Shown here one piece after another: positions 23,663 to 36,404 of a stretch of DNA of 63,973 nt. The stretch lies in assembly GCF_003704095.1 (NCBI RefSeq), contig NW_020844262.1:186028-250000 (forward strand). The letters are read 5' to 3'. Position 1 is the stretch's first letter. Every line of letters begins with the position of its first letter. The notes under the pieces were generated by a model. That model had not been told where the DNA came from. It made no database searches and saw only the letters and a list, made by a program, of their open reading frames with translations. The stretch is from Pocillopora damicornis (lineage: Eukaryota). A program made the position numbers and the translations under genes.

Positions 23663-26600
23663 TTAATTGACAAAAATAAACTTTGAATGGTCAGCGCGTT
23701 TGCAAAGTTTCTTTGGTCGAGAGCTCCATTTATCAACTTTGTTAAACGGATTGGAGGGGTGGGTAGTGGTGACAAGTCTACTCAGTGGTCCCTCGTGAGC
23801 AAATTCCTCCTTTGTGTATTCGTAGGACGGATATGATCTACCGAAAAAAAAGTGATTCAAAGGTAAGAGAAAATGGAAAGAGCAAGATTTTCCATTAGGT
23901 CACGAAAATAAACCGGGATGCAGAGTCTTTTTATTTTTATTTTTTTCGTTTTTTCTTTTTTTTTTTAACAATCCAACCAATTTTCTCCATCTTCTCAGCA
24001 AGTCAGACGCAAACCTCCTGAACCATAGGAACTGGTTCACTTCCGTTTTCATGCATTAGGGTAGACACTTAATAACATTTACTCTCCCTGGCTCTGTACA
24101 TGTGATATATTCGCTTCTTTTTGACTGGTTCTCGTTATGAAAGGAAAGCGTATACAGTGTATCAACACACAATTGAAAGAGGAAGTGTAAAAACTGATCT
24201 AACATTAGTGACCAGGCGGCACGCTAAAAACCACAGAGCGCGGCTGAAAAAAAACCTGGCCACATTGGCGCAAGAGCATCATTTGAGTCAAGAAACAATT
24301 TTTCATAAAGCGTGCGGAGTCGATTTTTTTGCTGGTTCAAAACGATGTTTAAGAGCTCAGTTCAGTTTATAAAACCTTAAAAAGCGGTCAGTGTCGTTAT
24401 TTCCGGCATCCATACGGCGGAGAAATGATTAATATATGGTTTCCCGAGCATAATTCTTATTCGAGGTATTCGATGTTAATTTTAGTCATTTACGCCTTAC
24501 CTGTAAGTTAACTTAGAAAAGTTTACAAAAACCTCATCCCAGGATCCCTGAGGAGGTCTGGGTTCCTCTGGATATCGGCTGATGTAGCCTCCGTACCCTG
24601 GAGTGGGTCTGGTGCTGAAATGCAAGCAATGAATGTTAAGTATGAAATATCACCGTATATGACACGCACGAAAGACGTAGTTTCTCTTAATGAAAGAAAG
24701 AAAGAAAGAAAGGTCCGAGGTTTCCCCAAAAGTGGAGAAAAGGAAGAGCAAGGGGGGGAAGGGGGAGGAGAAAAGGGATCTCTCCCCCGAGCCCATCCTT
24801 GATCCTGGAAAAAGGATCTGCGAGAGTTTTCAGCTCGCGCCTCCCTTGTGGGGAGGACCGTGCATAAGTTATTTCCATATCTGGACTTGACCACGTGCGA
24901 GAATTGTGAGAACAAGAAACTGTTTGTGAGAGAGAAGAAACCAGTTGTTTACAGTGAGGTTAAAACGAAGAAAAACACAATGCATCATCTCGTTAAGAGC
25001 ATTTGAAATTGGACGTGTCGAGGATCAGAACTAAAAAAGTTGATGATTGGGCATAAAAAAAATCGATTATTAGCAATGACGATCACGAGAAATTGCTATT
25101 GGCAGAAACGTGGGAAGATATTGGGAATGAATTGCCACGCGTGGTTCAAGCTTTTTCACAAGAAGCTTAACAGTTGATAGGTGGTTGTTAGCATCACACT
25201 TTTAAAACATGTACCGCCAAATAGCACCGATGTTATTTCCTCAAGGATTCTAAGCTTTGTTTTCTTTTTCGTCTCAAGCCTTCATCTGGATCTTAAAGTT
25301 TTCATAGGTGAGTTTCACCACTGGTGGAATCTTTTAAAGTATAAAGCATGGTCAGAAGACGTTGAGCCGGCAGAAGTTGTAGAACATACCGCCATTTTAT
25401 TTGCAAGAATGAGTAAACGAGAGAAAGACCACAATGTCTTCAAAGCGAACTCACGGCTTCAATTTTAAAGATTTCATCGAGTCAAGTATATTTTGCAGAA
25501 TTTGAATCAAATATTTATCTCTAACTCAGTGAAGCTCCTCACTGACCTCTGTATCAAGACTCTCCTCCTCCCAGTTGTCTTCTCGACACAAAAGTTATCT
25601 TTAAAGGGACAAATTTTTATTACATTCTTCCAGTTCACCTTCAGGGAGTTTTGAACCCGGAATGTCTTCTTCGGAAAGCGGTATATCATCAAAAAAATAT
25701 TCACTTTTCTCCCATAGCAAACTTATGAATTATGTAGAACCGTCAAGAAATTCGCATTTTGCCATCATCTTTTTTAAGAAGTTACTTCTGAGTAGCTACT
25801 GAAGCGACCAAAGAACGCACCACGCGTAGCAATTCATTCCCAATCCTCCCACGTTTCTGCAATTAGCTCACGGACTTCTCACTTTTGCATCAAAGCAAAA
25901 ATTGGATCAAGTTATTTTTCACAGTCAACTTACAATTTTATGTTTCCGTCTTCTCCTCCTTCCGGTAACTTTGGCATTCCTATTGTTTGCTCTGCTGGTT
26001 TAACTGTATTGATTTGTTCTTTCTCCCTCTCTTCTGATCTAGGAGAGAATATCAAAACTTCATGGTAAGGTTCAAAGTTTTTGAGCTCAGTCGTGGTTGG
26101 GGAAAGATGATTTTGATTGACTCTTTTTCGTTGTTAATTAGGAGCTGAAAATGGTTTTGCTTTACTTCGTTCGGCGACCACACTTTAAGGGTATGGAAAA
26201 CTTTCTTAACCAATTAATCAAGAAACCAAAATCAAGTGCTTTCCAATTTCCTCAGTAGTCTGCTCGATCTTATTCTGAGTTCTTGGCTCTTTTTCAGTCT
26301 TCTTTCTTTTGATTTGTCGTTGTGATTATTATGGTTTGGATATTTCTAGATAAAGGCCACTCTTCAGTTCTCCTTCTCTTACAACTCTCTAGACCATTAA
26401 TTCCTCCCATTTACACAACCTGCTGTTTCCGTACCTAACAGTTGACGCTGATATGGCGGGAAATAAGCTATCGGACTCGTATTGATGAAACTGATTGGGT
26501 CTTGTTTGGACTTGGTCCCAGACACACGCAACCTTTTGCCATATTTCGGGCCTAGGCTCGTATCTAACAGCTCGATATCTCACCAGATCTGCATTTTTCT

Positions 26601-27990
26601 CGTGTTCAGGCAAAGTGACTGCTTCGCTTTTACGCGCTGGAAGTTCCTCGTCTCCAACGAAGGCTCTGTCGGAACTCTTGCGAAAAGCAAGATGAACAAT
26701 TAAACGAACGATAACTGTTAGACCTCGTCAGCGAGAGTTTGTCTTTAAAGTCCTTTAAAAACCCGATCATGCGGTAGATGATTTGCAGCTTTTGGGAAGC
26801 AAACAGGTCTGTCGTGAGCTTTAAAGAACGCTTATAGTTCCACTAAATCATTTCTAATAAGCTTCGGGAAAGGTGCCTGTCGACTTCTGACACGTTTCCG
26901 CCTTAATAGAGCACCAATAGAGCAGCTGCACTGGCTAAACTTGTTTTTCTTTGTCTTCACTCATTAGTTCCTTGTTATTTTTTATTATGTTTTATAAGAA
27001 TTTCGAACATTTACAATAATTTCATAAGGCAAAGTATGAGGCTATCCCTACCAAACGTTTGCCAGAATTTTGGGAAAAGGACCTTTCTTTTCTCTGGAGC
27101 AAAATTTTTAACACACTCTTTATAAAATTGTGAAGAGTGAAAAGATTCAGACAATCTGCCGCCGAGCAAGACATTTCTTTTTATCATGACTTTGGTTCTT
27201 GATTATATTTTAGGCTTTAAAAGTGATTTTGCGTTGTATTTCTTAGGCTCTTAACGTAGTACTTAAATTCTATTATTGTATTTTTATTAGGCTCTTTGAA
27301 TGTAATAGTTTATGAAAATTCTTAATATAAATTAATTTTTTTAAGATGCAGGGCCCCTATGGAGACCTGCCTTGGAGCCGAATGGGCTACCCTGTATGAA
27401 TAAATTTTTACTTACTTACCTACCAGTAAGCGACCAGAGTATTGGTACTACTCTGCTATTTATAACAATTCATAAAGCCGCGATGCTCATAGTAAGAAGT
27501 GGCTAGCTGCCATGAAAGTTCCCTACAATAAAGGGGTTTCTCAAACCATTCGTTTTGACCCCTGCCATTGAATATTAGCTTTCCCCTCTTCTCCCTCGCC
27601 TTTCCTTGATTGAATTACAGTTCTCATCGAGACTCTCAAACCTCAACTCACCGTTTCACGTAAAACCTGGAGCTCCTTCTCGCTTTTGCTCTCTATCTCT
27701 ATAGGCGGAAACGTCCCACTTGACTCCTCTGTAGATAATTCATTCTTTTTGTTCTCTTCTAATCCTCTGATCTTTCCGATTCCAAGAGCAGGTGGCCTAC
27801 TTATCACCGAGAAAGGTCGGCGCGGTCCAATTGGTAGATTATACGGAAATAATCGTGGTGGAAGTTTCGCATTTTCTGTAACGAGACTAGGGATGGTTTG
27901 ATACCTAACAGGCACCTGTGGACAACGCCTTATTAGGAGCCAGTTTACATTATTCAGTGAAACGGCATCTAATTTTTCATGGTTAGCCAT
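23663..27990 (-). CDS. SPATA48: SPATA48 (SPMIP7/C7orf72)-like sperm/ciliary microtubule inner protein, ~289 aa
   Basis: 4 phase-consistent exons: 27652-27990, 26435-26676, 24501-24614, 23663-23837. Motifs RYEPRPEIWQKVACVWDQVQTR, PGYGGYI and [25 protein letters not shown] occur in the same order as the remembered SPATA48 motifs ([32 protein letters not shown]). Confidence 0.75.
27200..27424 (+). mobile_element. Probable LINE 3' UTR fragment in intron 1 of the SPATA48-like gene
   Basis: T-rich UTR-like tract, GC-rich 3' stem-loop (cagggcccc...gggctaccctg), AATAAA and a (TTAC)n tail, as in CR1/L2-type 3' ends. Confidence 0.55.
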
Positions 27991-28059
27991 TGCTAATTCG
28001 TGCTCATGAACTTCAACACCGACCTCAGAAATTTTCCTAAGCCGTGCGCAAGCGTGTAT

Positions 28060-28071
28060 TATGACGTCATA
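28060..28071. promoter_or_regulatory. Perfect CRE palindrome upstream of the SPATA48-like gene
   Basis: tatgacgtcata (12-bp palindrome containing TGACGTCA) about 70 nt upstream of the ATG at 27990. Confidence 0.5.
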
Positions 28072-28411
28072 TTACGACACAGATTAATCAACTGATTATT
28101 CTGCGCGCGTTTAGCAGGTCTTAAGCTTCTGATTCGATACAATCGATATAAGCCAAAATATTTTTGTAGTTCACTTCTCGCCTAAGAAGAATTAAATGAT
28201 TCCAACTGGCAATAGCTATTGACTTGTTGGCTTTCATTTGTCCTTTCTGTAAAACGAGCACTGTGATTAGTTGATTCTTAGTCACGTGCCCTAATCAAAT
28301 TCAAATGTATCCGACCGGGATACAGTTGCGCAGTTGTTGCCCGCACACCGAATACAACAGCACGTTTTTGCCCTATGATTGTTTAAGGTAAAGTCTAAAT
28401 ATATAACAAAG

Positions 28412-28476
28412 CACTTAATGTATGGTCCCTTGGAAACTAGCTAGTTTTGTTTTCTCTCGGGACCATACATTAAGTG
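28412..28476. repeat. 18-bp perfect inverted repeat (hairpin), probably part of a dispersed repeat at ~28255-28480
   Basis: cacttaatgtatggtccc (28412-28429) / gggaccatacattaagtg (28459-28476). Confidence 0.8.
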
Positions 28477-29919
28477 TACTTTGTCTCTTTAATGCACGTA
28501 TTTCAGCCCTCTTACCTTACTGGTCAGTCTTTATTTCTGAAAAGGACTGTTGGTGATGATGATGACAATCGTTTTGAGATATCATTTGGTTTTATTAACG
28601 GAGCTAATGATGTAAATTTGCCACCGTAGTTTTTGAGGCTGACGTGTCATTTGACATTTCAATGACATTTCGTTAAAAACATACCCCTTTTTCCATTTAT
28701 CATTTTAAAAGCCTGAATGGCTTTTGTTATCACAGACAAGTGAGATGAAATAAAAAGACGCAACTATCGTCAAAGCGCGGAAAAACGCGCGTGATCAGTG
28801 AGATAGTGGCGCAAGTTGTCTAGACAATTCGCACACCGTGAAAACTATAGAAATCCCAAATGACGTTCAAGTTAATCAGATTGATCGGAGTGTCCGTTGG
28901 TAACCGAGCACATAATCTGACAGCAAACAGGAGTTAACATGTATGAGTCGGGAAAGAAGATTTTCAAGCACAAAATGGTTGATGGTAGGTCTGGGTGAGA
29001 TTTACTCTGGACCGGCCCTTCATTTCCAGGAACCGGAAGAATAAATGGCACGCAAGGCTGGTTATTAGACTTCTTAAGGTGTCAATTATCCAGGTATATT
29101 ACTCTCTTCAAACTTGATTTGTCATGCACCATATCAACAATTTACATTTTGTTTTGTTAAGTTTAGGGATTTTCTGGCTATATGGCAAAAATATCTTCAT
29201 GATAATTCTCATCATTACATTAGACTTACTACCAAAAATATGATAGGTGAAGAGCATTCAGTCAATATACAGTAGTATGTGAAGATGAGATAATGCAATA
29301 TCTGCAGCGGATATTGCATTAATCATGTTGAGTTAAGTCTGCCTAGTTTCCAAACCCCTCATTCATGAAGAGTTCTTATATTTTGCAAACTCAGAGAAAA
29401 GTGTCCTCTATTGTAGATTGTTAAAAAAATATATAAAATAAAACAATTCATAAATATGGTTTTTCCACTGGATATAATTTATCAAACCTAAGGTCTGTGT
29501 TCCCTGCCTTACCATTCCATTTAGGCAGATAACTCAGACCTTGGTTTTGATAATTCATGATATCATGTTCAACAGTTATTGCTTATTGTGCTTAACCTCC
29601 TTCCACACAAGGAATGAGCGGTTTTTTTTATTTCACTTTAAATACCCTCACTAAACTTTTCACATGGTCCCTTGATAACTTCATCTACTTAGGCCAAAAA
29701 AACACCATTTTTTACATATCTCCAAAGTTAAAGAAAAAAATCCTTTAATGAGAGCCTCAACAATCTTCACATAAAAATTTACACTGCTTTATTCATTTAA
29801 CATCATCCCTTGCTGGAGGTATAATGGCTTTCAATTGACATCATGGTGTTGTGAAAAAAGGATGGAAGGACTCAAATATGATAATGAACATGAACACTTT
29901 TACAGAAAAGTATTTCCAT

Positions 29920-31288
29920 CTATACTTTCTCATTTGCCCATTCAGTCATCTCTTTGTGCCATTCTTCTTCCCAGGGAAGCATATGAAGCATCTACATGTC
30001 AATAGAAAAATATTGCAAGAGTCACACTACTGTTAATAATCTAACCAAACTATTGTATCTTTTGTCATCTGTGTCTTAAAACTTTTGCTGATTTCAACCA
30101 TTCTTCTGCCTTCAAACATTACTGACACCTATCTTCTTTCTTTCTTTTTTTGTTGTCAAAAACCAAATTTTTGCTTCACAATGCCAGGGCTGAGAAAAAC
30201 AGATTCTGCATTACCACTTTTAAGGTGTCAAACTACTAGTTTCCTCAGTATTTCAAATTCATATTATAGTCAAATTATCCTTGATTTTCCTCTGCAAAGA
30301 CAGTCTTTATCCGCAGTTCAAAGTTTTCCCCTTTTTCCATGTGTTGCAATTTACAAGTATGATGATGAGTTTGGAATCAAGGGAATGTGGGTCATACTAA
30401 AAGATATAATTTGATCACAAAATACATTTATTTATTTAGCAGAAAACAGACTGAAGAGTGCAAAGGTTAGATGGTTTCTGGAGAGCAAAGTTAATTTTGG
30501 TTTAGGGCAGGTAACTCAAATCTCGTGTAATGAGAGTGGGAAGAATCTGTCATAAATAATTTGCAGTCATCTGGCTAGTTTAAAAGAAAAAAAACCAGTA
30601 CAGTGTTTTGGCATTTAACCAAGAGGTTAACACCTCTGTTGTCTAAGAACGAAGAGTTCATCAAATGGTACGTAATACTTGTAAGGTCCTTTAAACATGC
30701 AAAACTTAAGCTTGGTCAGTGAAGGTCATCAAGTGTCTCTCCGTGCATTACAAGAACATCAAAAGATTTTATGAAACAGTTATCCTCTACATTCCAAAGA
30801 ACAAATCTTACAGAACACTTACATGAGGAGGAGGCGGTATGTTTCTTTCCCACTTGCTGCCATCAGGGCTGTCCGGGTCTATAAGGGATAAGTCATCATC
30901 TCAATATTATCAACAAACTTTGATCAACTTTGCACAAGCTTCAGAGTTCAAAACTTAAATTTTCTATATAGTTTGATGAAAAACTTTCCACAGATATAAT
31001 CCACTTAAGGACAGAAAGGTAAAAGTCACTGTACTTACGAACATAAGGGAATGGATGTTTATGTTTCTCAAATTCACGTTCGGCCGCCTCCAGAATCTTG
31101 TGAATCACCCTCCTATCTTTCTCGTGTTTGTGAGCATCGAATCTCTCTCTCAATTTAACTGCCTCTTGCCTCCATGTCTGTCTGTCTATGACCCAATCTA
31201 GCAAATGCCTTAAACTGTTTCTGTACAAGCGCATCACACGCTGTTGATGTGTGATGCCCTTCACCAGATGAGATGGGACGTACGCCAT
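29920..31288 (-). CDS. NDUFB9: NADH:ubiquinone oxidoreductase subunit B9 (B22, LYR family), ~125 aa
   Basis: 3 exons: 31039-31288 (THQQRVMRLYRNSLRHL..W..DR...LRERFD...HPFPY), 30823-30878 (PDSPDGSKWERN), 29920-29991 (MLHMLPWEEEW...*). Confidence 0.92.
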
Positions 31289-32307
31289 GTTGGATATTGA
31301 CGAACGAATAAAATCTACTTCGTTCCCAGCAGTCCCTCCGTCACCTACTAAACAGGCATGCATTGCGTACAAAATATAGTAATGCTGTTCGTGAAATAAC
31401 CTGGAACTTGAAATGGGTTCAAGACTCTCTTAGCAAGACAACATCGGTAATGAGCTAAAAATTTTAAGAAGAGAACAAAAAGGAATGGTCTTGGAACGCA
31501 GGGAAAGTCTTATGCTGAAAAGCTGATGCAAAGATTCGACAAATAAAAGACATATCACTCACATTGAAAGTTGGTACTATTCTCTGGAATGTTATTGTAC
31601 AATATGTCAAAATATTTATGTAAAAGTTATTAACTGAGACCCTCTCACTCCACCATCGACCCCATCCTAAGAATATTTCAAGTTTCTCACTGAGTTGACA
31701 TCAATTGCCTGCCTGTAGCCATTCTTTGAGATGTCAGTGTGGCGTGACATTCCAAAAGAATGCTTACCACGAAGACAAGGCATGGATAGAATGGCACAAA
31801 ATGATAATGCAATCAAACATCGTTTATTTCAAATTTTGTCTGTAAATGACTCTACAATCACTTTTAATCTCTGTAACAATGGTATTCTATTTTGTTCAAC
31901 CTATGGCATCTTAATCTATACAAAATAAGATTAAGTGACGCGAAAGTTAAAAACCTATGTACACTGTTCAACAGTAAATCAGTTCAAAGGCTTCAAAACT
32001 TAAAAAGCCTTAAACAGCTTGCTTATGGTGATGTAGATGAAAAGGGAGTAAAATATTTAATGGTGTTTAATATATTATCTCTCTAGACTCTGAATATAGA
32101 TATACACACAGATAACTTAACAAATAAAACTATCTTTACAAAATTATTTCATGGCTTAATATTGCAATCATCACACAAGCTTAAATCAACATTTACTAAG
32201 ATTCAAGTTTTGCATGGAAGTAAAAAAAAAAAAAATTCTACACAGACTATAGAACATTTTGAGCTAGATCCACTGTAATCAGAAGCTTACCAATTTCTTG
32301 CAAATTA

Positions 32308-35038
32308 TTATGTAAAATAATGATCACTCATAAGAATTGGGCAGTCATTAAACTCTACATCAAAATCGTAAAATAATTCCACAAGCTGTGGTTCTGGTCT
32401 TGGCCCACCAGTGAAGCCACACTCTTCAAGAGTCTTATGATGATCTAAATGTATTCGTTTGCCTTCTTTTGAGGTGCAGTATATTACAACCTTCCTAGTT
32501 GTTCCTCCAAATCGTTCATTGATTATTGATTCCACAGAATAAACTGGTATGTGAGCATGGACAAATATCTGGAAATGTCCAGGATATGATTTCATCTGTG
32601 GCAAGTTGGCAAATGTCAGGAGTTGAAGTTCCATGCTTATAAACCTGTCGCAAAAAAATCCCCAGTTAATTCACAAACCAATATTCTGAATACAGTGTTC
32701 CCCTTTTCAGACAGTAACATTTACCATCTGTAGTACCTCTCATTATCATTTTAAATTGCTTGGAATTCTTGAAAATTCAACATGACTGCTACTACCAGTA
32801 AGAAAATTTCTTTCAACCTGTCATGCTTAAAATGAAGGTAAAAACTAGAAATAAGATGTATAAATATGTTGAAATGTAATCCAAACTTCAAGTGTGTCTA
32901 TGTCAAGGATGTCAATAATTGTTGAAAATAATCACATTCCAGTGGCTATAAACTATAAATTGCTATTCCTCATTAGTAACTGTGTGTCATTTTGGGGAAA
33001 TAATTTTCAGAGTGATTGTGTATATAGCTCAGTGATTATGAACATAGAAACAAAATGTAGCAAATTTACAGATTTGCCTATCGGTAATTTCTTTAAATTT
33101 TCAGTGATAACCTCCCTTTCATTCATATTCTAACAACTTGCAACTGGAATAATTGACAGGCAATAGTCAAGTAAAAGGTTAAGACAGGAATTTTGGTTGC
33201 TTAATCTTATTCCAGTTTCCATAGCACGAAAAAGACTCTCTTCCCCACCCCCCTTCCCCTTGCACTTTGTCATGTTCTCCCAACTGGTACCATCTCTACT
33301 TTTGGGAAAGAAAAGAATTGTTAATAGTGAAGTGTCTTGCTCAAGAGCTCAACAGTGACCATAGTCAGGTGTTGAACCATAAGACCTTTCAGTTTGGAGT
33401 GCAGAGAGCCATCTATCAGGTCACATTATCCTTGACTACAACAGAGATTATTGAATACAAATTGTCAGCTCTACCTAGGAAACTTTTCCTTTGAGGGTTT
33501 CCATAATCCAAGTTTACAACAGGGGCATTGTTCCAATTCCTCTCTTTCAAATTTCAGAACAGGCAAACCATCATCTTGAACACATTCCTCTTTCTTGTAA
33601 TATTTTAAACCTTTGGAAAACTCAAGGTAGTCTAGCAAGCCATTGGCATCCCTGTCTAACTTCTTTGCAAGAATGTAAAGCTCTAAGTTATTTGCTGGTG
33701 CATTTAAATCTCGCATTCCAGCATAGAATTCCTCATATGACAAGCTACCATCACCATCCACATCAAATCGCCGAAAGAGATCAATAGCTCGTGCATAGTT
33801 ATCAGTCATCCATTTGTCCATACGAGCTACAAATGCAGAATGAAGATCATCTGCTGCCTCAAAGGCTGCCGCAGCTTTCTCTAGCTTTTCCTGATAGAGA
33901 AAATCAAATTGTTAAAGTTTCAATAACTGTAAAAGGGTTCATCCTATAGCATAATGTCTTTGACAGGGTAGATCTGTGAAGGCCTGTTGTGTGTGACAAA
34001 GACTAGTCTAAACCTTATGTCATAGTAAAGGGTGAGTTTAATGGTACAGTAGCTTGAGAGTCAGAAGTAAAACCTGGTTTTCCAAAACCAACCGACTCCT
34101 CTGGTAATAATATTACTCCCTGCACAACATGAGTGCATTAAGCTCTAAAAGATTAGTCAGATTGACTTTGATAAGTAGATGAATACACAATGGATTCAAT
34201 ACTACTCTTCAAGTCAACTAGTCAGGTTTTCCAAAGATCAACCATAATATCATCAACAACAGTTCTAAACAGAGCTATCCCTTCTATTCACTCACTAAAA
34301 GTAATTTTAATGGTGTCATGTCTTTGGTGCTAAGGTCAGGTTCCCTTAAATAGTAAATTAGAGATCGTTTTGGTGCTAGGAAGGCAAAAAAACATGTTAA
34401 CATGCATATATGTAAAAACATGTTAAACATGTACAGACAAAAACATAAACAAAATCTAAATAAGAAACATATCACATGTAAATCTTTTATTATATTTATT
34501 ATATCAACAGAGCAAGCCTGGTCTATATAATAAAACATGTTAGGGTTGTGATGATTAATTTGCTGAATTTGAGTCAATTTGAACAAGAAATCAAATTATG
34601 CCTCTCTTCTTTCATGACTGCTCGACTTCGATGTTATGAATCGTTTCTATCCAGGAATGTTTTTTCGCAAAAACTTGACTTTGAAACTAGACAATCTCAA
34701 TTTAACTAAGAGGTTTTAGTATTCCATCGAAGACAATGATCGATGGGCTAAAAGTTCTCTATATATTGCTAAATTTAAAGACAAGAACAGATTTAAATTG
34801 TGTTTTGTTGTCTCTTTTTAACGGATTTAATACCTTAGCTAGCTCTTCCTTGGACTTCTTGACCTTCTTCGCTCCTTTCTTTTTTCCCCCAGATCTACAA
34901 GCGAAACAAATTCCAATAAATAATAAGACTGTAAGCATTTAAGTTGACTTACTTTTGAACTTGGACTGTGTTAATTTAAAATCGAACGAAATCTTTCCTA
35001 GCATACTTAGATTTTCCACTTTTCTTTTTCACAGGCAT
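32308..35038 (-). CDS. Uncharacterised EF-hand pair protein with Lys-rich N-terminus and putative C-terminal ubiquitin-like fold, ~281 aa
   Basis: 4 exons: 35007-35038, 34834-34894, 33475-33890, 32308-32644. Canonical EF loops DVDGDGSLSYEE and DRDANGLLDYLE; N-terminus MPVKKKSGKSKSGGKKKGAKKVKK. Confidence 0.85.
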
Positions 35039-36404
35039 CTTCTAAGGAGTCACAAATTGCTAAGTTCAATTAAAAGTTTATCAAAGACTTCGAAAAGTCA
35101 AAAAGTTCACTACTATGTCCCTTGGAATCAACCATCACCACAGTAACGACTCATTTGGGACTGCTGCCAAACAAAACACGCGCATGGCTTATTGGAGTAC
35201 ACATTTTTTCACAGGTCTGAAACCCGCGGGCTCGTGCATAGAGTCAAATCAACTCGAACGAAATCAGTTTGAGTCATTGCCAGTATTCAATTTAACAAAC
35301 GAAAGTCTTTTTCGAGGGTCTTCGCACTACACACAGGGTTTTTGAATTGTAAACATGCATATCCTTGTGGGTTGGGTTTTTTTTTAATTTTAGCACTCTG
35401 ATTGGTCGCTCAATCCAGGTAATCATCCATCAAATATTGTTCCTTGCACGTGATTAGTTTAACTGCGTCCAGTGATCAGACATGTTCCAGTTCAAATTGA
35501 GAATGTCCGATGATATACCTGAAGTAATGTTCAATAATTTTCAAACCTTACATCCAAACCGGTAATCCTTGATTAAAGTTTAATTCAAGATGCTAGGATG
35601 TTTTGTTGTCGTTGGAGAAGGAACAGATGAATGAAAAACAAATACGTGTAAGAATAAAAAGAATGGCATTATCTTACGAGCGAGTGTCACAGAATAAATT
35701 GCCTTCCCAGATCTACTACTACTGAAAGCAAAAAGGCTGCGAGCTCGCTGCGTTTCTCTTAGGAGTTAAAGGTACTGTATAAAGTTTGTACTTTCTCGTT
35801 TAAAATGCTGCGAGTGGGCTTAGAATTAAATACTGTCCTATAGCTACAGAACAGTACTGAATTAATGCCGTTTGCTTTTGTTTCGGTTTGTAGAGGTGTT
35901 TTCCTTTCAGAAAGAATTATCTTTATTGAGATGTACTCCAACGCGATCGTGCAGAGAAAAAAAAACGTATAGAGCTTCCGATAAAATGTTGATTCCATTT
36001 TCAGTTGGTAGACGGGGTTTTATTAAGGGCACTATCGGAGATGGAACAGTCAGCCCTATTGCATGTCCGCTTTGTAGTGTTGAGGAATAGCGCTCGTCTG
36101 AGGGTGTTTGATCTATGGGCGACTAATATACTATAATTTCATATTGCAATGGTTAAAAAGAGCCTAGGGCATAAAAGTAATTTCTAGAACCTAATAATTC
36201 GAATGTAAGTGTACAATTCCGCGCCTCTTTTGCTTCCTTTATTTGTTGTCCCTTGCAACTTTTAACGAGTCATTAATCCATCGAACATTTTAAACTTTTT
36301 AAAAGTTTTTCTTTTTTATTCACATTTTTAATGACATAGCCGCATACCATGCGCTATCCAGTTCATAATTTACAGAAATTTCTTCATTCTAGTATATATT
36401 CTTG

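Noticed and set aside
24523-24915. 130-aa ORF and overlapping ORFs
   Set aside because: They span a purine/pyrimidine low-complexity tract; the credible exon (24501-24614) is in another frame.
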